Shown: positions 47,176 through 56,660, counted from the stretch's first letter. The stretch: 64,000 nucleotides of DNA from Clostridiales bacterium (GCA_015055975.1 SVHF01000001.1:6752-70751), one strand, 5' to 3'. Notes: a model not told the origin generated them from the sequence alone. A program made the numbers and translations.

Positions 47176-48013
47176 AATACAAGACATAGTTGTATTTTTA
47201 GTATTTGCAGCTTTGTTAATTGTAGGAACAAAGTTCGATTTTAGATTCTCAGATAAAATATATAGCAACAACTGGTTTAATTTCTTCGTAGCAGCCATTG
47301 CCAAAATGCCAGTATTGTTCTTAACAATATATGCTTGTGTAAACCTATTTTTAATGGCTCTAAAGAAAGAAAACAAAGCAGAAAAATATATTATGGCTTT
47401 TATTTATGCATTAGGCGCCGTTGTTGCAGGAGCTTTAATGTTTGAAGATATGGCTGAAGTATTTGTCGATGGCATATTGAAATATGTAATAGCAGCCGCT
47501 ATTGGATGCTTGGTTATTGCATATCTATGGTACGTATTAAAAGATCAAACAGAAAAGCAAATTGAAAATAAGAAAGAATTTTTAGTGTTAATAATCTCTG
47601 TTGCTGTAATTGTTGTTTTAACTTTTGCAATTAAATCAATTTTAGATAGAACAAGATTTATAGATATTCTACAAAGAAAGGGAACATTTACTCAATGGTA
47701 TCAAATAGGAACAGGCGGCGATTCTATGCCATCTGGCCACACTGCTATGGCAGTTGCGCTATTTGCAGCAATCCCATATTTTAAAAAGATTAATCTTTTT
47801 AGAGGAAAGGATTTCTTGTATTATCCTGTAGTTGGTACATACACGTTATTAATTGGACTTTCTAGAATCTCATTTGGTATGCATTTTTTAAGCGATGTAG
47901 CAGTTGCTGCTATTGTAGGATATTGCGTATCTAAAATTGTTACTTGGATAATGCTTGGCTTTAAAGAAGATAAATTAGAAATTAAAGAAGGAAGCTTGTT
48001 AGCAAAATTATAA
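47156..48013 (+). CDS. PAP2-family membrane phosphatase (paralogue)
   Basis: ATG 47156 (SD 'agaggag'), with a 20-nt overlap with the upstream paralogue. 'MPSGHTAMA' and 'SRISFGMHFLSDV'. Confidence 0.8.
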   Translation: MTTFKNKIQDIVVFLVFAALLIVGTKFDFRFSDKIYSNNWFNFFVAAIAKMPVLFLTIYACVNLFLMALKKENKAEKYIMAFIYALGAVVAGALMFEDMAEVFVDGILKYVIAAAIGCLVIAYLWYVLKDQTEKQIENKKEFLVLIISVAVIVVLTFAIKSILDRTRFIDILQRKGTFTQWYQIGTGGDSMPSGHTAMAVALFAAIPYFKKINLFRGKDFLYYPVVGTYTLLIGLSRISFGMHFLSDVAVAAIVGYCVSKIVTWIMLGFKEDKLEIKEGSLLAKL

Positions 48014-49617
48014 TGGAAAACTTCGATTTATCAATGTACGACTATCTAATAGATAGAACATCTTGTTTGAAAGATTCGAACAAGATGATTAACTTTTATG
48101 GCCGTACAATAAATCGTAAGAAGTTTATTTTAGAAGTAGATAGAATCGCTTCATATTTACAATCTATAGGAATCAAAAAAGGTGACAACGTAGTTGTATG
48201 TTTAGGTAACATCCCAAATGCAATTATTTCTTTTTATGCAATAAACAAAGTAGGGGCGATTGCAAATGTTTTGCATCCACTTGTAAAGGATGAAACGCTT
48301 CGTCAAATCTATAAAGAACATAAACCAAAGTGCTTTATTATGTTTGATGAATTCTTCAAGAACTATACGCTATTTAAAGAGATAAAAACAAATGTTATTG
48401 TATGTTCTGCGCTAGATTATCTACCAGCGCTTTATAAGCCTTTCTACGGGGCTTATATTATGCCTAGCATAATAAATATTAAATACACAGACAAAATCGT
48501 TAAATACTCAAAAATAAAAGGAGAGCATTTAACAAAAGTTAATGTAAAGGGCGACGATATTGCAATATATATGCATAGCTCTGGAACTACAGGCAATTCA
48601 AAAACCGCTTGCCAAACAAATGCTGCATATAATCATTTAGCGGAGAACTTAACAAACGCGGCTTATCATCAAAAAATAGGCGGGGATAAATATGGAATGC
48701 TTATGGCACTTCCAATATTCCATGTATTTGGATTAGGCGTTTGTATGCATACAACACTATGCTATGGTGCACAAACTATATTGATGCCAAAATTCAGCGC
48801 AAGATACGGTGTATATTTGATGATGTTTAGGCCAGTCACTATGATATCTGGTGTTCCTAATATGTATAAAAAACTTGCAGCGAACCCTCTATTTAATGGA
48901 CCATGGCTAAAAAAGCTTGTTGATTGTTTCTGCGGTGGAGATAAATTAGAAGATAGTGTAAAGCAAAGCTTTGAAGAACCTTTAAGAAAATGGGGCAATC
49001 AAATGAAGATAGCTCAAGGATATGGATCTACAGAAGCTGGCGTTGTTATGATAAATCTTCAAAACAATCAAGTGGATGGGTCAATAGGTGTTCCTTTAGA
49101 TGGCACAGAAATAAAGATTTTAGATGAAAATAAAAAAGAATTAGGAATAAATGAAGTTGGTATTATTTATTTAAAATCCAACACTATGATGAAATCATAT
49201 TATGATAAATCCCTAAACGAAGGCGTTTTAGAAGAAATAAATGGGGAGATTTGGCTAAATACTCAAGATATGGGATATATAGATGAAACTGGCCATGTCT
49301 TTTTCAAGGAAAGACAAAAGCGTCTAATAAAGATATCTGGTATAAATGTATTCCCAAATGAAATAGAAGAAGTTGTAAATTCTATTGATGAGATAAAGCT
49401 TTCTTGCGCAATCCAGGGGGAAACGAACGGAAAGAGAATAGTTGAATTGTATATTCAATTGAAAGAAGGAATAACATATTCAAAAGATATAGAACAAAAG
49501 ATTAAAGATTTGATTTCTAAAAAGCTTTTAAAATATTCAATGCCATCAAGAATAATTGTTTTAGATAAACTTCCACTAACTGAATTAGGGAAGGTTGATT
49601 ATAAAAACATCCATTAA
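48013..49617 (+). CDS. AMP-dependent synthetase/ligase (acyl-CoA or acyl-carrier ligase family)
   Basis: AMP-binding motif 'YMHSSGTTGNSKT', 'GYGSTEAG', and the C-terminal 'GKVDYK' lysine motif. TAATG overlap with the PAP2 gene. Confidence 0.85.
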   Translation: MENFDLSMYDYLIDRTSCLKDSNKMINFYGRTINRKKFILEVDRIASYLQSIGIKKGDNVVVCLGNIPNAIISFYAINKVGAIANVLHPLVKDETLRQIYKEHKPKCFIMFDEFFKNYTLFKEIKTNVIVCSALDYLPALYKPFYGAYIMPSIINIKYTDKIVKYSKIKGEHLTKVNVKGDDIAIYMHSSGTTGNSKTACQTNAAYNHLAENLTNAAYHQKIGGDKYGMLMALPIFHVFGLGVCMHTTLCYGAQTILMPKFSARYGVYLMMFRPVTMISGVPNMYKKLAANPLFNGPWLKKLVDCFCGGDKLEDSVKQSFEEPLRKWGNQMKIAQGYGSTEAGVVMINLQNNQVDGSIGVPLDGTEIKILDENKKELGINEVGIIYLKSNTMMKSYYDKSLNEGVLEEINGEIWLNTQDMGYIDETGHVFFKERQKRLIKISGINVFPNEIEEVVNSIDEIKLSCAIQGETNGKRIVELYIQLKEGITYSKDIEQKIKDLISKKLLKYSMPSRIIVLDKLPLTELGKVDYKNIH

Positions 49618-49619
49618 AG

Positions 49620-49660
49620 TAAAAAAAATACGCTAAGCACACTTAGCGTAATTCTTTGTT
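49620..49660. terminator. Bidirectional terminator between the ligase gene (+) and spoVG (-)
   Basis: 9-bp stem tacgctaag/cttagcgta. The A8 run on the + strand gives a strong U-tract for the minus-strand spoVG transcript. Confidence 0.8.
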
Positions 49661-49678
49661 AAGAATTGTAATAATATT

Positions 49679-49954
49679 TTATTGTTGTGTGCCTGCCCCT
49701 GAGTTGTATGCCTCTAAAATTTTATCACATACGATAGATCTAGATTCTGAGTTGATAGGATGTGCGATGTCTCTGAATGTGCCATCTGGTGTCTTACGAC
49801 TTGGCATAGCGATAAATACGCCATCTTTACCCTCAATAATCTTGATATCGTGTACTGCGAAAGCATTGTCAATAACGATTGATGCAACTGCTTTCAATTT
49901 GCCGGTCTCTGTAGCTTTCGTTACAAGTCTGATTTGGATATCAGTGATTTCCAT
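49679..49954 (-). CDS. spoVG: Septation/regulatory protein SpoVG
   Basis: 'MEITDIQIRLV...KLKAVASIVIDNAFAVHDIKIIEGKDGVFIAMPSRKTPDGTFRDIAHPIN' is the canonical SpoVG sequence pattern. SD 'aaggagag'. Confidence 0.93.
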   Translation of the reverse strand: MEITDIQIRLVTKATETGKLKAVASIVIDNAFAVHDIKIIEGKDGVFIAMPSRKTPDGTFRDIAHPINSESRSIVCDKILEAYNSGAGTQQ

Positions 49955-50070
49955 GTGAGCTCTCCTTTTTTAGATTTTTAATGCTATAATTATACAAAAA
50001 ATCTTTTTTCTTGAAAAGACCTAATTTTACATTTTATATATACTTTTGTATATACTAAGTAAAGTTTTTG

Positions 50071-50079
50071 TGTTATAAT
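50071..50079 (+). promoter_or_regulatory. Extended -10 box (tgttataat) 7 nt upstream of ATG 50087
   Basis: TGnTATAAT read directly. There is no SD in the 7-nt spacer cggttca. Confidence 0.5.
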
Positions 50080-50086
50080 CGGTTCA

Positions 50087-50932
50087 ATGAATAAAAAAAT
50101 CTTAACAATTCAAGATATTTCGTGCGTCGGACAATGCTCAATTACTGTTGCATTGCCTATAATCTCCGCTGCAGGAATAGAAACAGCGATACTTCCATCT
50201 GCTGTTTTGTCTACTCATACAGCAGGACCATTTGGCCATTTTACGTTTAGAGATTTGACAGAAGATTTGCCAAAAATCAATAAACATTGGAATGACATAA
50301 ACATCAAGTTTGACGCTATTTATACGGGATATATTGGGAGCAAGTTACAAATAGATTATATTTTAGATATTATTTCTACAACACTAAAGGATGGCGCTCC
50401 ACTTATCGTTGATCCAGCAATGGGAGATAATGGCCGCTTATATACCGGCTTTGATGAAGACTTTGTATCATATATGGCTAAGCTTTGTGCAAAGGCTGAT
50501 GTTATACTTCCAAATCTAACTGAAGCTGCATATTTATTAAAAGAAGAGTGCATACTTGCAAATTACGATAAAGAATATATTGAAGGCTTAGTAAGAAGAT
50601 TAGCAGGACTTGGTGCAAAGGTTGTTATTCTTACTGGCGTTGGATTTAAAGAAAATGAATTGGGCGTATGCATATATGATTCTAAAGAAGATAAGACATC
50701 TTATTATTTGCACAATAAGATAAGCCAATCTTTCCACGGAACTGGGGACGTATTCTCATCTTCATTTGTAGGTGCTGTATTAAATGGCTTTGATTATTAT
50801 AAAGCAGCTCAAATCGCAGCAGATTTCACAAGACAAAGCATAGCTTTAACAATTGAAGATAAAGCTGAGCATTGGTATGGAGTTGAGTTTGAATCAGCAT
50901 TGCCAAAATATATGCAAATGTTAGGTAAATAA
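50087..50932 (+). CDS. pdxK: Pyridoxal/pyridoxamine kinase (ribokinase superfamily)
   Basis: 'ILTIQDISCVGQCS', 'DPAMGDNGRLY', and the anion hole 'HGTGDVFSS'. 281 aa. Confidence 0.82.
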   Translation: MNKKILTIQDISCVGQCSITVALPIISAAGIETAILPSAVLSTHTAGPFGHFTFRDLTEDLPKINKHWNDINIKFDAIYTGYIGSKLQIDYILDIISTTLKDGAPLIVDPAMGDNGRLYTGFDEDFVSYMAKLCAKADVILPNLTEAAYLLKEECILANYDKEYIEGLVRRLAGLGAKVVILTGVGFKENELGVCIYDSKEDKTSYYLHNKISQSFHGTGDVFSSSFVGAVLNGFDYYKAAQIAADFTRQSIALTIEDKAEHWYGVEFESALPKYMQMLGK

Positions 50933-50936
50933 AATA

Positions 50937-50960
50937 AAGGAAGCTTGAAGCTTCCTAGTT
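50937..50960. terminator. Hairpin between convergent pdxK and the MDR gene
   Basis: Stem aggaagct/agcttcct with loop tga, followed by agtttt. Confidence 0.55.
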
Positions 50961-51935
50961 TTAACATCTTACGATATTTTTTAATCTATGTCGTTTTTGA
51001 GAAAGTGTCGAAAATGCTTCTTGAACTTCAGAAAAATCGTACATTTTTTCTAATAAGCCTTCAACATCTATAACTTCGGTTGCAAGAAGGTTAATTGCGG
51101 TTTCAATTTCGCCATATCCATCGTTTACGCCAAATATAGATAATCTCTTTGAAATTATGAAGTGAGCATCGATGTTGAACTTATCAATGGCTGTGTCTCT
51201 TCCAACAAACGCTACGTTTCCATATTTTGCTGCTACATTTAAGATATTTGCATCAATACTTGGGAAGATATCGCAATCAACAACTACTTGATCAGCAAGC
51301 TTTCCAGCTGTTATTTCGATTATTCTTTCTTGGATATTTTCTTTAGCAGAATTTAGGGCATAATAAATACCATGTTGTTCGGCAACATCTAGTGCTTCTT
51401 CATCGGTGTCTACAATGATTGGAATAGCCTGATAATAAAGAGCTAATTGTCCTAAAATAATGTTAAATGAAGTTGCTCCAAATAGAGTAATGTAATTAGT
51501 TTTATTTAAACTAATTAAAGAGCAAGTTTTAATAGCCATTGCTATCTCTTCAATAAACGTAAATGCTTCATCTTTAATTGACTCTGGAACGATGTAAATG
51601 TTGTCGTTATTTACAACGCAGAAATCGCTCAAATATCCATCGATATCTTTGCCTAAAACTTCAAATGTATTATTGTCTTTTTCTGTGTATGAAGATAAAT
51701 AAACGCGAAGACCTTTTTGTAATGAAGGAAGCTTTGATTCACTTATCATTCCAAGTGCGTTCCTAGATGGTGTTATAGGGAATACGCCAAGCTTTCCTTG
51801 GTAAGCAGCAATATCGCTTTGGCAAAGAGAAGCTCTAGCGATTTTAACTCTAGCGTGAGTTTTTAAATTAACTTCTAGTGGTTCTTTTTGAACTAGTGTT
51901 ATTGATTTAGCTTTGTTTATTACCCAAGATTGCAT
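50961..51935 (-). CDS. Medium-chain dehydrogenase/reductase (zinc-ADH-like) family protein with degenerate catalytic and cofactor motifs
   Basis: MDR-like layout ('ARASLCQSD', and a GroES-like N-lobe followed by a Rossmann-like lobe). The 'GHE' position reads 'SRN', and GxGxxG reads 'GATSFN'. Confidence 0.55.
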   Translation of the reverse strand: MQSWVINKAKSITLVQKEPLEVNLKTHARVKIARASLCQSDIAAYQGKLGVFPITPSRNALGMISESKLPSLQKGLRVYLSSYTEKDNNTFEVLGKDIDGYLSDFCVVNNDNIYIVPESIKDEAFTFIEEIAMAIKTCSLISLNKTNYITLFGATSFNIILGQLALYYQAIPIIVDTDEEALDVAEQHGIYYALNSAKENIQERIIEITAGKLADQVVVDCDIFPSIDANILNVAAKYGNVAFVGRDTAIDKFNIDAHFIISKRLSIFGVNDGYGEIETAINLLATEVIDVEGLLEKMYDFSEVQEAFSTLSQKRHRLKNIVRC

Positions 51936-52095
51936 GATTGCTCCTAAACATCGTCAAAAGTATAGCATAAGGCACCTATCTTTTCAAGATAAATGAGCCC
52001 CCGAAGTCGAAAATAAAATAAAAGTATTTTGCTTGACACTCTATATCTTTATATATATAATACTTGTGTAATTATTAAATGCGAGGTGAAACAAG

Positions 52096-52299
52096 ATGAA
52101 AGATAATATTCAACCTAATTATCATGATGTCACAGTTAGATGCTCTTGCGGAAATGAATTCGTATGTGGATCTACAGTAGAAGGAGACGTTATTAAAGTT
52201 GAAGTTTGCAGCAAGTGTCATCCTTTCTATTCTGGAAAACAAAAGCAAGTTAGCACAGGTGGAAGAGTAGACAAGTTCAAGAAGCGCTACAACGTATAA
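52096..52299 (+). CDS. rpmE: 50S ribosomal protein L31 (zinc-binding type A)
   Basis: 67 aa. 'CSCGNEF...[12 protein letters not shown]'. Confidence 0.95.
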   Translation: MKDNIQPNYHDVTVRCSCGNEFVCGSTVEGDVIKVEVCSKCHPFYSGKQKQVSTGGRVDKFKKRYNV

Positions 52300-52320
52300 T
52301 TAAATTCTAGAAGATAATTA

Positions 52321-52353
52321 AGTGCAGGTTGAACAAAACTTGCACTTTTTTTT
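52321..52353 (+). terminator. Rho-independent terminator of rpmE
   Basis: 10-bp stem agtgcaggtt/aacttgcact (one G-U pair) followed by T7. Confidence 0.85.
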
Positions 52354-52367
52354 AGAAGGAGATTTGA

Positions 52368-54188
52368 ATGAGAAAAAAGTGCACATCAATCGGAGGACAA
52401 GCAGTAATCGAAGGCGTCATGATGCGTGGCGTTAAATCTATTGCTACTGCCGTAAGAGATGATAAAGGTGACATAGTTGTTGAAAGCAATTACGTAACTC
52501 CACAAACAGAAAAGAATGTAGCATACAAAGTTCCAGTAGCTAGAGGATTTCTAAATTTATGTTCTTCTATGGGAATTGGAATGAAATCATTAATGAGATC
52601 TGGAGAAGTATTCGGTGAAGATGCTGAGCCATCAAAGTTTGAATCATGGCTTGCAAAGAAAACTGGAGTAGACATCTACGATATCGTTATGGCTATATCT
52701 GTAGTTCTAGGAGTTGCGCTATCTTTGTTTTTATTTGTGTTCTTACCACATGAAGCAGAGGTAGGTGTTACCGCTTTAATCAAGCACTTTACAGGATGGG
52801 AATTATTGCCAGCTTGGGTAAGCTTTTTACTAAGCTTGCTTGAAGGAGCTATAAGAGTTGCAATATTTATAGGATACATAGCGCTAACAACGCTAATTCC
52901 TGACGTTAAGAGAACTTATATGTATCATGGTGCTGAGCATAAGACTATCAACTGCTATGAACATGATTTGGAATTAACAGTTGAAAATACAAGAAAAATG
53001 TCAAGACAACATGATAGATGCGGAACAGCATTTATGTTCATCGTTATGGTAATAAGCATATTTATCGTAGCTGTTGTAAATGGTGTTTTAGCATTCACTC
53101 AAGTTCCTATTTTACAAAACAGATGGATCAAGTTTTTGATTAAACTTGTTCTTATCCCAATCGTTGCAGGCGTAAGTTATGAAGTTTTGAAGTTTATGGC
53201 AAGATACGACAACGCTATCGTTAGATTCTTTAAGGCTCCAGGACTATGGCTACAAATGTTAACAACAAAAGAACCAACAGACGACATGATTGAAGTAGCT
53301 ATTGCTGCTTTCAAAACAGTACAAGCTATGGATGAAAATCCAAATCTAGAAGAATTAAGATTTGATGTTAAAAAGCCTCTTAAGAAAGAAAGAGAGCTTA
53401 TGGAACAAAAATTAAAGCAAGTTAATGCGGATTCTTCTGAAGTTGAATGGATTTTATCTATTGCTATGAACATTAAAAGAAGTGAAGTTAATTCTCAAAA
53501 CTATATAAAAGAATCTGAGTTAAATAAAGCAAACGAGATTCTAAATAAAAGATTGACAGGCATGCCACTTTGGAAGGTTATTGGAAACACAAACTTCTAT
53601 GGATATGAAATAGATATAAATGAAGATGTGTTATGCCCAAGACCAGAAACAGAAAATTTAGTAGAAAAAGCTTTATCTAAGATAACAGATAAAACTTCTG
53701 TTTTAGATTTATGCACAGGAAGTGGATGTATTGCTATTGCTATTGCAAAAGAAAAAGGAGCAAACGTTGTTGCTTCAGATATATCTTCAAAAGCACTAGA
53801 TGTAGCAAAGAAAAATGTTGAGAAAAACGAAGTTCAAGATAAAGTAGCTTTAATAGAAAGTGATTTATTTGAGAAAATTGATGGAAAATATGATGTTATC
53901 GTTTCAAATCCACCATATATCCCAACAAAAGAAATTGAATCACTAGATAAAGAAGTAAAAGAATTTGATCCTCTAATCGCTTTAGATGGCGGCGAAGATG
54001 GATTAGATGTATATAGAAAAATTGCAAAGGATGCAAAGGCTCATTTAAATAAAGATGGATATATCTTTATGGAATGTGGTGAAAACCAATCTCAAGAGAT
54101 TGAAAAGATATTTGCAGACTTTGATGTAAAGATAGAAAAAGACTTAGAAGGCGTAGATAGAATTATTGAGGCCAAAGTAAAGGAATAA
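52368..54188 (+). CDS. prmC: Fusion protein: DUF1385 (YqhQ-like membrane domain) plus release-factor glutamine N5-methyltransferase PrmC/HemK
   Basis: The N-terminal half has 'GGQAVIEGVMMRG', 'YHGAEHK' and TM helices (DUF1385 hallmarks). The C-terminal half has the SAM motif 'LDLCTGSGCIAIA' and the catalytic 'NPPY'. prfA follows directly. Confidence 0.85.
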   Translation: MRKKCTSIGGQAVIEGVMMRGVKSIATAVRDDKGDIVVESNYVTPQTEKNVAYKVPVARGFLNLCSSMGIGMKSLMRSGEVFGEDAEPSKFESWLAKKTGVDIYDIVMAISVVLGVALSLFLFVFLPHEAEVGVTALIKHFTGWELLPAWVSFLLSLLEGAIRVAIFIGYIALTTLIPDVKRTYMYHGAEHKTINCYEHDLELTVENTRKMSRQHDRCGTAFMFIVMVISIFIVAVVNGVLAFTQVPILQNRWIKFLIKLVLIPIVAGVSYEVLKFMARYDNAIVRFFKAPGLWLQMLTTKEPTDDMIEVAIAAFKTVQAMDENPNLEELRFDVKKPLKKERELMEQKLKQVNADSSEVEWILSIAMNIKRSEVNSQNYIKESELNKANEILNKRLTGMPLWKVIGNTNFYGYEIDINEDVLCPRPETENLVEKALSKITDKTSVLDLCTGSGCIAIAIAKEKGANVVASDISSKALDVAKKNVEKNEVQDKVALIESDLFEKIDGKYDVIVSNPPYIPTKEIESLDKEVKEFDPLIALDGGEDGLDVYRKIAKDAKAHLNKDGYIFMECGENQSQEIEKIFADFDVKIEKDLEGVDRIIEAKVKE

Positions 54189-54189
54189 T

Positions 54190-55254
54190 ATGTTTGAAAG
54201 ATTACGTTTAATGCTAGAAAGATATGATGAACTTACGAATCTGCTTGCAGATCCTAATGTCATTTCTGACCAAAACACTTGGCGTGAATATGCAAAAGAA
54301 CATGCTTCAATGGAAGAAGCAATTAATTTGTATAAGGAGTATTTGGCAAATCAAAAGAATCTTGAAGATTGCAAAGAGATGATGCAAGGCAATGATGAAC
54401 TTGCAGATTTGGCAAAAGATGAGTTCAAAGAATGCCAAAAGAAAGCAGAAGAATTAACACAAAAGTTAAAGATTGCTTTGCTTCCAGTAGACCCACACGA
54501 CCAAAAGAACGTTATCGTAGAAATAAGACCAGCAGCTGGCGGTGAAGAAAGTGCATTGTTCGGCGCTGAACTTATGAGAATGTATGTAAGATATGCAGAA
54601 CGTATGCATTGGCATACTCAAGAAATCAACGTAGAATTGGACGACTTGGGTGGTATTAAAGAATGTACATTCCAAGTAACAGGAGCTGGAGCTTTCGCTA
54701 AATTGAAATATGAAAGCGGTGTACATAGAGTACAACGTGTTCCAGAAACTGAATCTCAAGGAAGAGTTCATACATCAACAGTAACTGTTGCGGTATTGCC
54801 AGAAGTTGAAGATGTTGAAGTTGAAATTTTAGATAAAGATATAAAAGTAGATACATATAGATCATCAGGGGCTGGTGGCCAAAAAGTTAATAAGACCGAT
54901 ACAGCTATAAGAATTACACACTTCCCAACAGGAATAGTTGTAACTTCACAAGATGAAAGATCTCAATTAAAGAACAAAGAAAAAGCTTTCCAAGTTCTAA
55001 GATCAAGATTATATGACTACTACAAGACAAAGGCTGATTCTCAATATGCAGCAGAGAGAAAAGGCCAAGTAGGAACGGGAGATAGATCTGAAAAGATTAG
55101 AACATATAATTTCCCACAAAATAGAGTTACTGACCATAGAATCGGATTTACGATGTACTCATTAGAAGATTTTATGGATGGTGATTTAAACGAAATGATA
55201 GAAGCATTGCAACTAGCAAATCAAAATGAAATGCTAGCGAAAATAAACTCTTAA
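54190..55254 (+). CDS. prfA: Peptide chain release factor 1
   Basis: RF1 PxT anticodon motif ('PET') and the GGQ loop 'SGAGGQKVNKTDTAIRITH'. 354 aa. Confidence 0.95.
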   Translation: MFERLRLMLERYDELTNLLADPNVISDQNTWREYAKEHASMEEAINLYKEYLANQKNLEDCKEMMQGNDELADLAKDEFKECQKKAEELTQKLKIALLPVDPHDQKNVIVEIRPAAGGEESALFGAELMRMYVRYAERMHWHTQEINVELDDLGGIKECTFQVTGAGAFAKLKYESGVHRVQRVPETESQGRVHTSTVTVAVLPEVEDVEVEILDKDIKVDTYRSSGAGGQKVNKTDTAIRITHFPTGIVVTSQDERSQLKNKEKAFQVLRSRLYDYYKTKADSQYAAERKGQVGTGDRSEKIRTYNFPQNRVTDHRIGFTMYSLEDFMDGDLNEMIEALQLANQNEMLAKINS

Positions 55255-55266
55255 TGGAGGCCGAAA

Positions 55267-56652
55267 ATGATTAAGTACAGTAAACAAAAGAATGTTTTGA
55301 TCGAAAGTAACTGGAAACCAAATCTACAAGACGTTGGCACGCCTAACTTCTTTAGAGAATTGTACTCATACGATACAATTCCAAAGGTTGCATTTAACTT
55401 CCGTCAAACACCAATGGAAATTCCTGAGAACATCTGGATTACAGATACTACTTTTAGAGATGGACAACAAGGAACTAAGCCATTTACTGCACAACAAATC
55501 ATCGATTTGTATAAATTGATGCATAAGCTTGGGGGTAAGAAGGGTATCATCCGTCAATCTGAATTCTTCCTATATTCTGAAAAGGATAGAGAAGCAGTTA
55601 GAGGTTGTATGGAATTAGGATTTGATTTCCCAGAAATCACTTCATGGATTAGAGCATCAGAAAAGGACTTCGAACTTGTTAAAGAGATGGGTATTAAGGA
55701 AACAGGTATTTTAGTTAGCTGTTCAGATTACCACATCTTTAAGAAAATGAATTTAACAAGAAAGCAAGCAGCAGATAAATATCTAAATGTTGTTAAGATG
55801 GCTCTAGATAAGGGAGTTGTTCCAAGATGTCACTTTGAAGATATCACAAGAGCAGACTTCTATGGCTTTGTTGCACCACTTGCATACGAATTGATGCAAT
55901 TGTCTAAAGAAAGCGGTATTCCAATTAAGATTAGAGCATGTGACACAATGGGTTATGGTATTTCATATCCAGGTGTTACACTTCCTCGTTCTGTTCCAGG
56001 TATTATTTCTGGTTTAAGATATTATGCTGAGGTTCCATCTGAACAATTGGAATGGCACGGACATAACGATTTCTATAAGGTAGTTACAAACGCTGCTACT
56101 GCTTGGTTATATGGATGTTCTTCAGTAAACTGCTCATTAATGGGTATTGGTGAAAGAACAGGTAACTGTCCACTTGAAGCTATGGCTATTGAATATGCTT
56201 CAATTAAGGGTACACACGCAGGTATGAACTTCCAAACAATTACAGAAATTGGTCGTTACTTTGAATCAATGGGTATTCATATCCCAGAAAGAACTCCATT
56301 TGTTGGAAAAGACTTCAACGTAACAAGAGCTGGTATCCATGCTGATGGTTTATTGAAAGATCCTGAAATCTACAACATCTGTGATACAGAAAAGATCTTT
56401 GGTAGACCTCCAAGAGTTGCAGTTGATGCTCACTCTGGCATGGCTGGTATTGCTTATTGGATTAATGCATACTTCAATCTAACAAAGAATGAAAAGATTG
56501 ATAAAAAGAGCGCTACAGTTGAAAAGATTAAGGCTCTTGTAGATAAAGAATATGAAAGAGGCAGAACAGCTTCTATGTCAGATGGTGAATTAGTATTAAT
56601 GTTACAAGAAGTTGATCCAGATTTATACAACAAGCTTTCAACAAAAGCATAA
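55267..56652 (+). CDS. HMGL-like (DRE-TIM) acyl-CoA:2-oxoacid condensing enzyme of the LeuA/NifV/Re-citrate synthase family
   Basis: 'WITDTTFRDGQQG' and 'LEWHGHNDFY' metal-site motifs. 461 aa, lacking the LeuA C-terminal regulatory domain. Confidence 0.7.
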   Translation: MIKYSKQKNVLIESNWKPNLQDVGTPNFFRELYSYDTIPKVAFNFRQTPMEIPENIWITDTTFRDGQQGTKPFTAQQIIDLYKLMHKLGGKKGIIRQSEFFLYSEKDREAVRGCMELGFDFPEITSWIRASEKDFELVKEMGIKETGILVSCSDYHIFKKMNLTRKQAADKYLNVVKMALDKGVVPRCHFEDITRADFYGFVAPLAYELMQLSKESGIPIKIRACDTMGYGISYPGVTLPRSVPGIISGLRYYAEVPSEQLEWHGHNDFYKVVTNAATAWLYGCSSVNCSLMGIGERTGNCPLEAMAIEYASIKGTHAGMNFQTITEIGRYFESMGIHIPERTPFVGKDFNVTRAGIHADGLLKDPEIYNICDTEKIFGRPPRVAVDAHSGMAGIAYWINAYFNLTKNEKIDKKSATVEKIKALVDKEYERGRTASMSDGELVLMLQEVDPDLYNKLSTKA

Positions 56653-56660
56653 GGTGAAAT

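Noticed and set aside
54190-55254. Programmed +1 frameshift as in prfB
   Set aside because: The gene is RF1 (PET motif), is a single uninterrupted ORF, and has no internal SD-UGA frameshift site.
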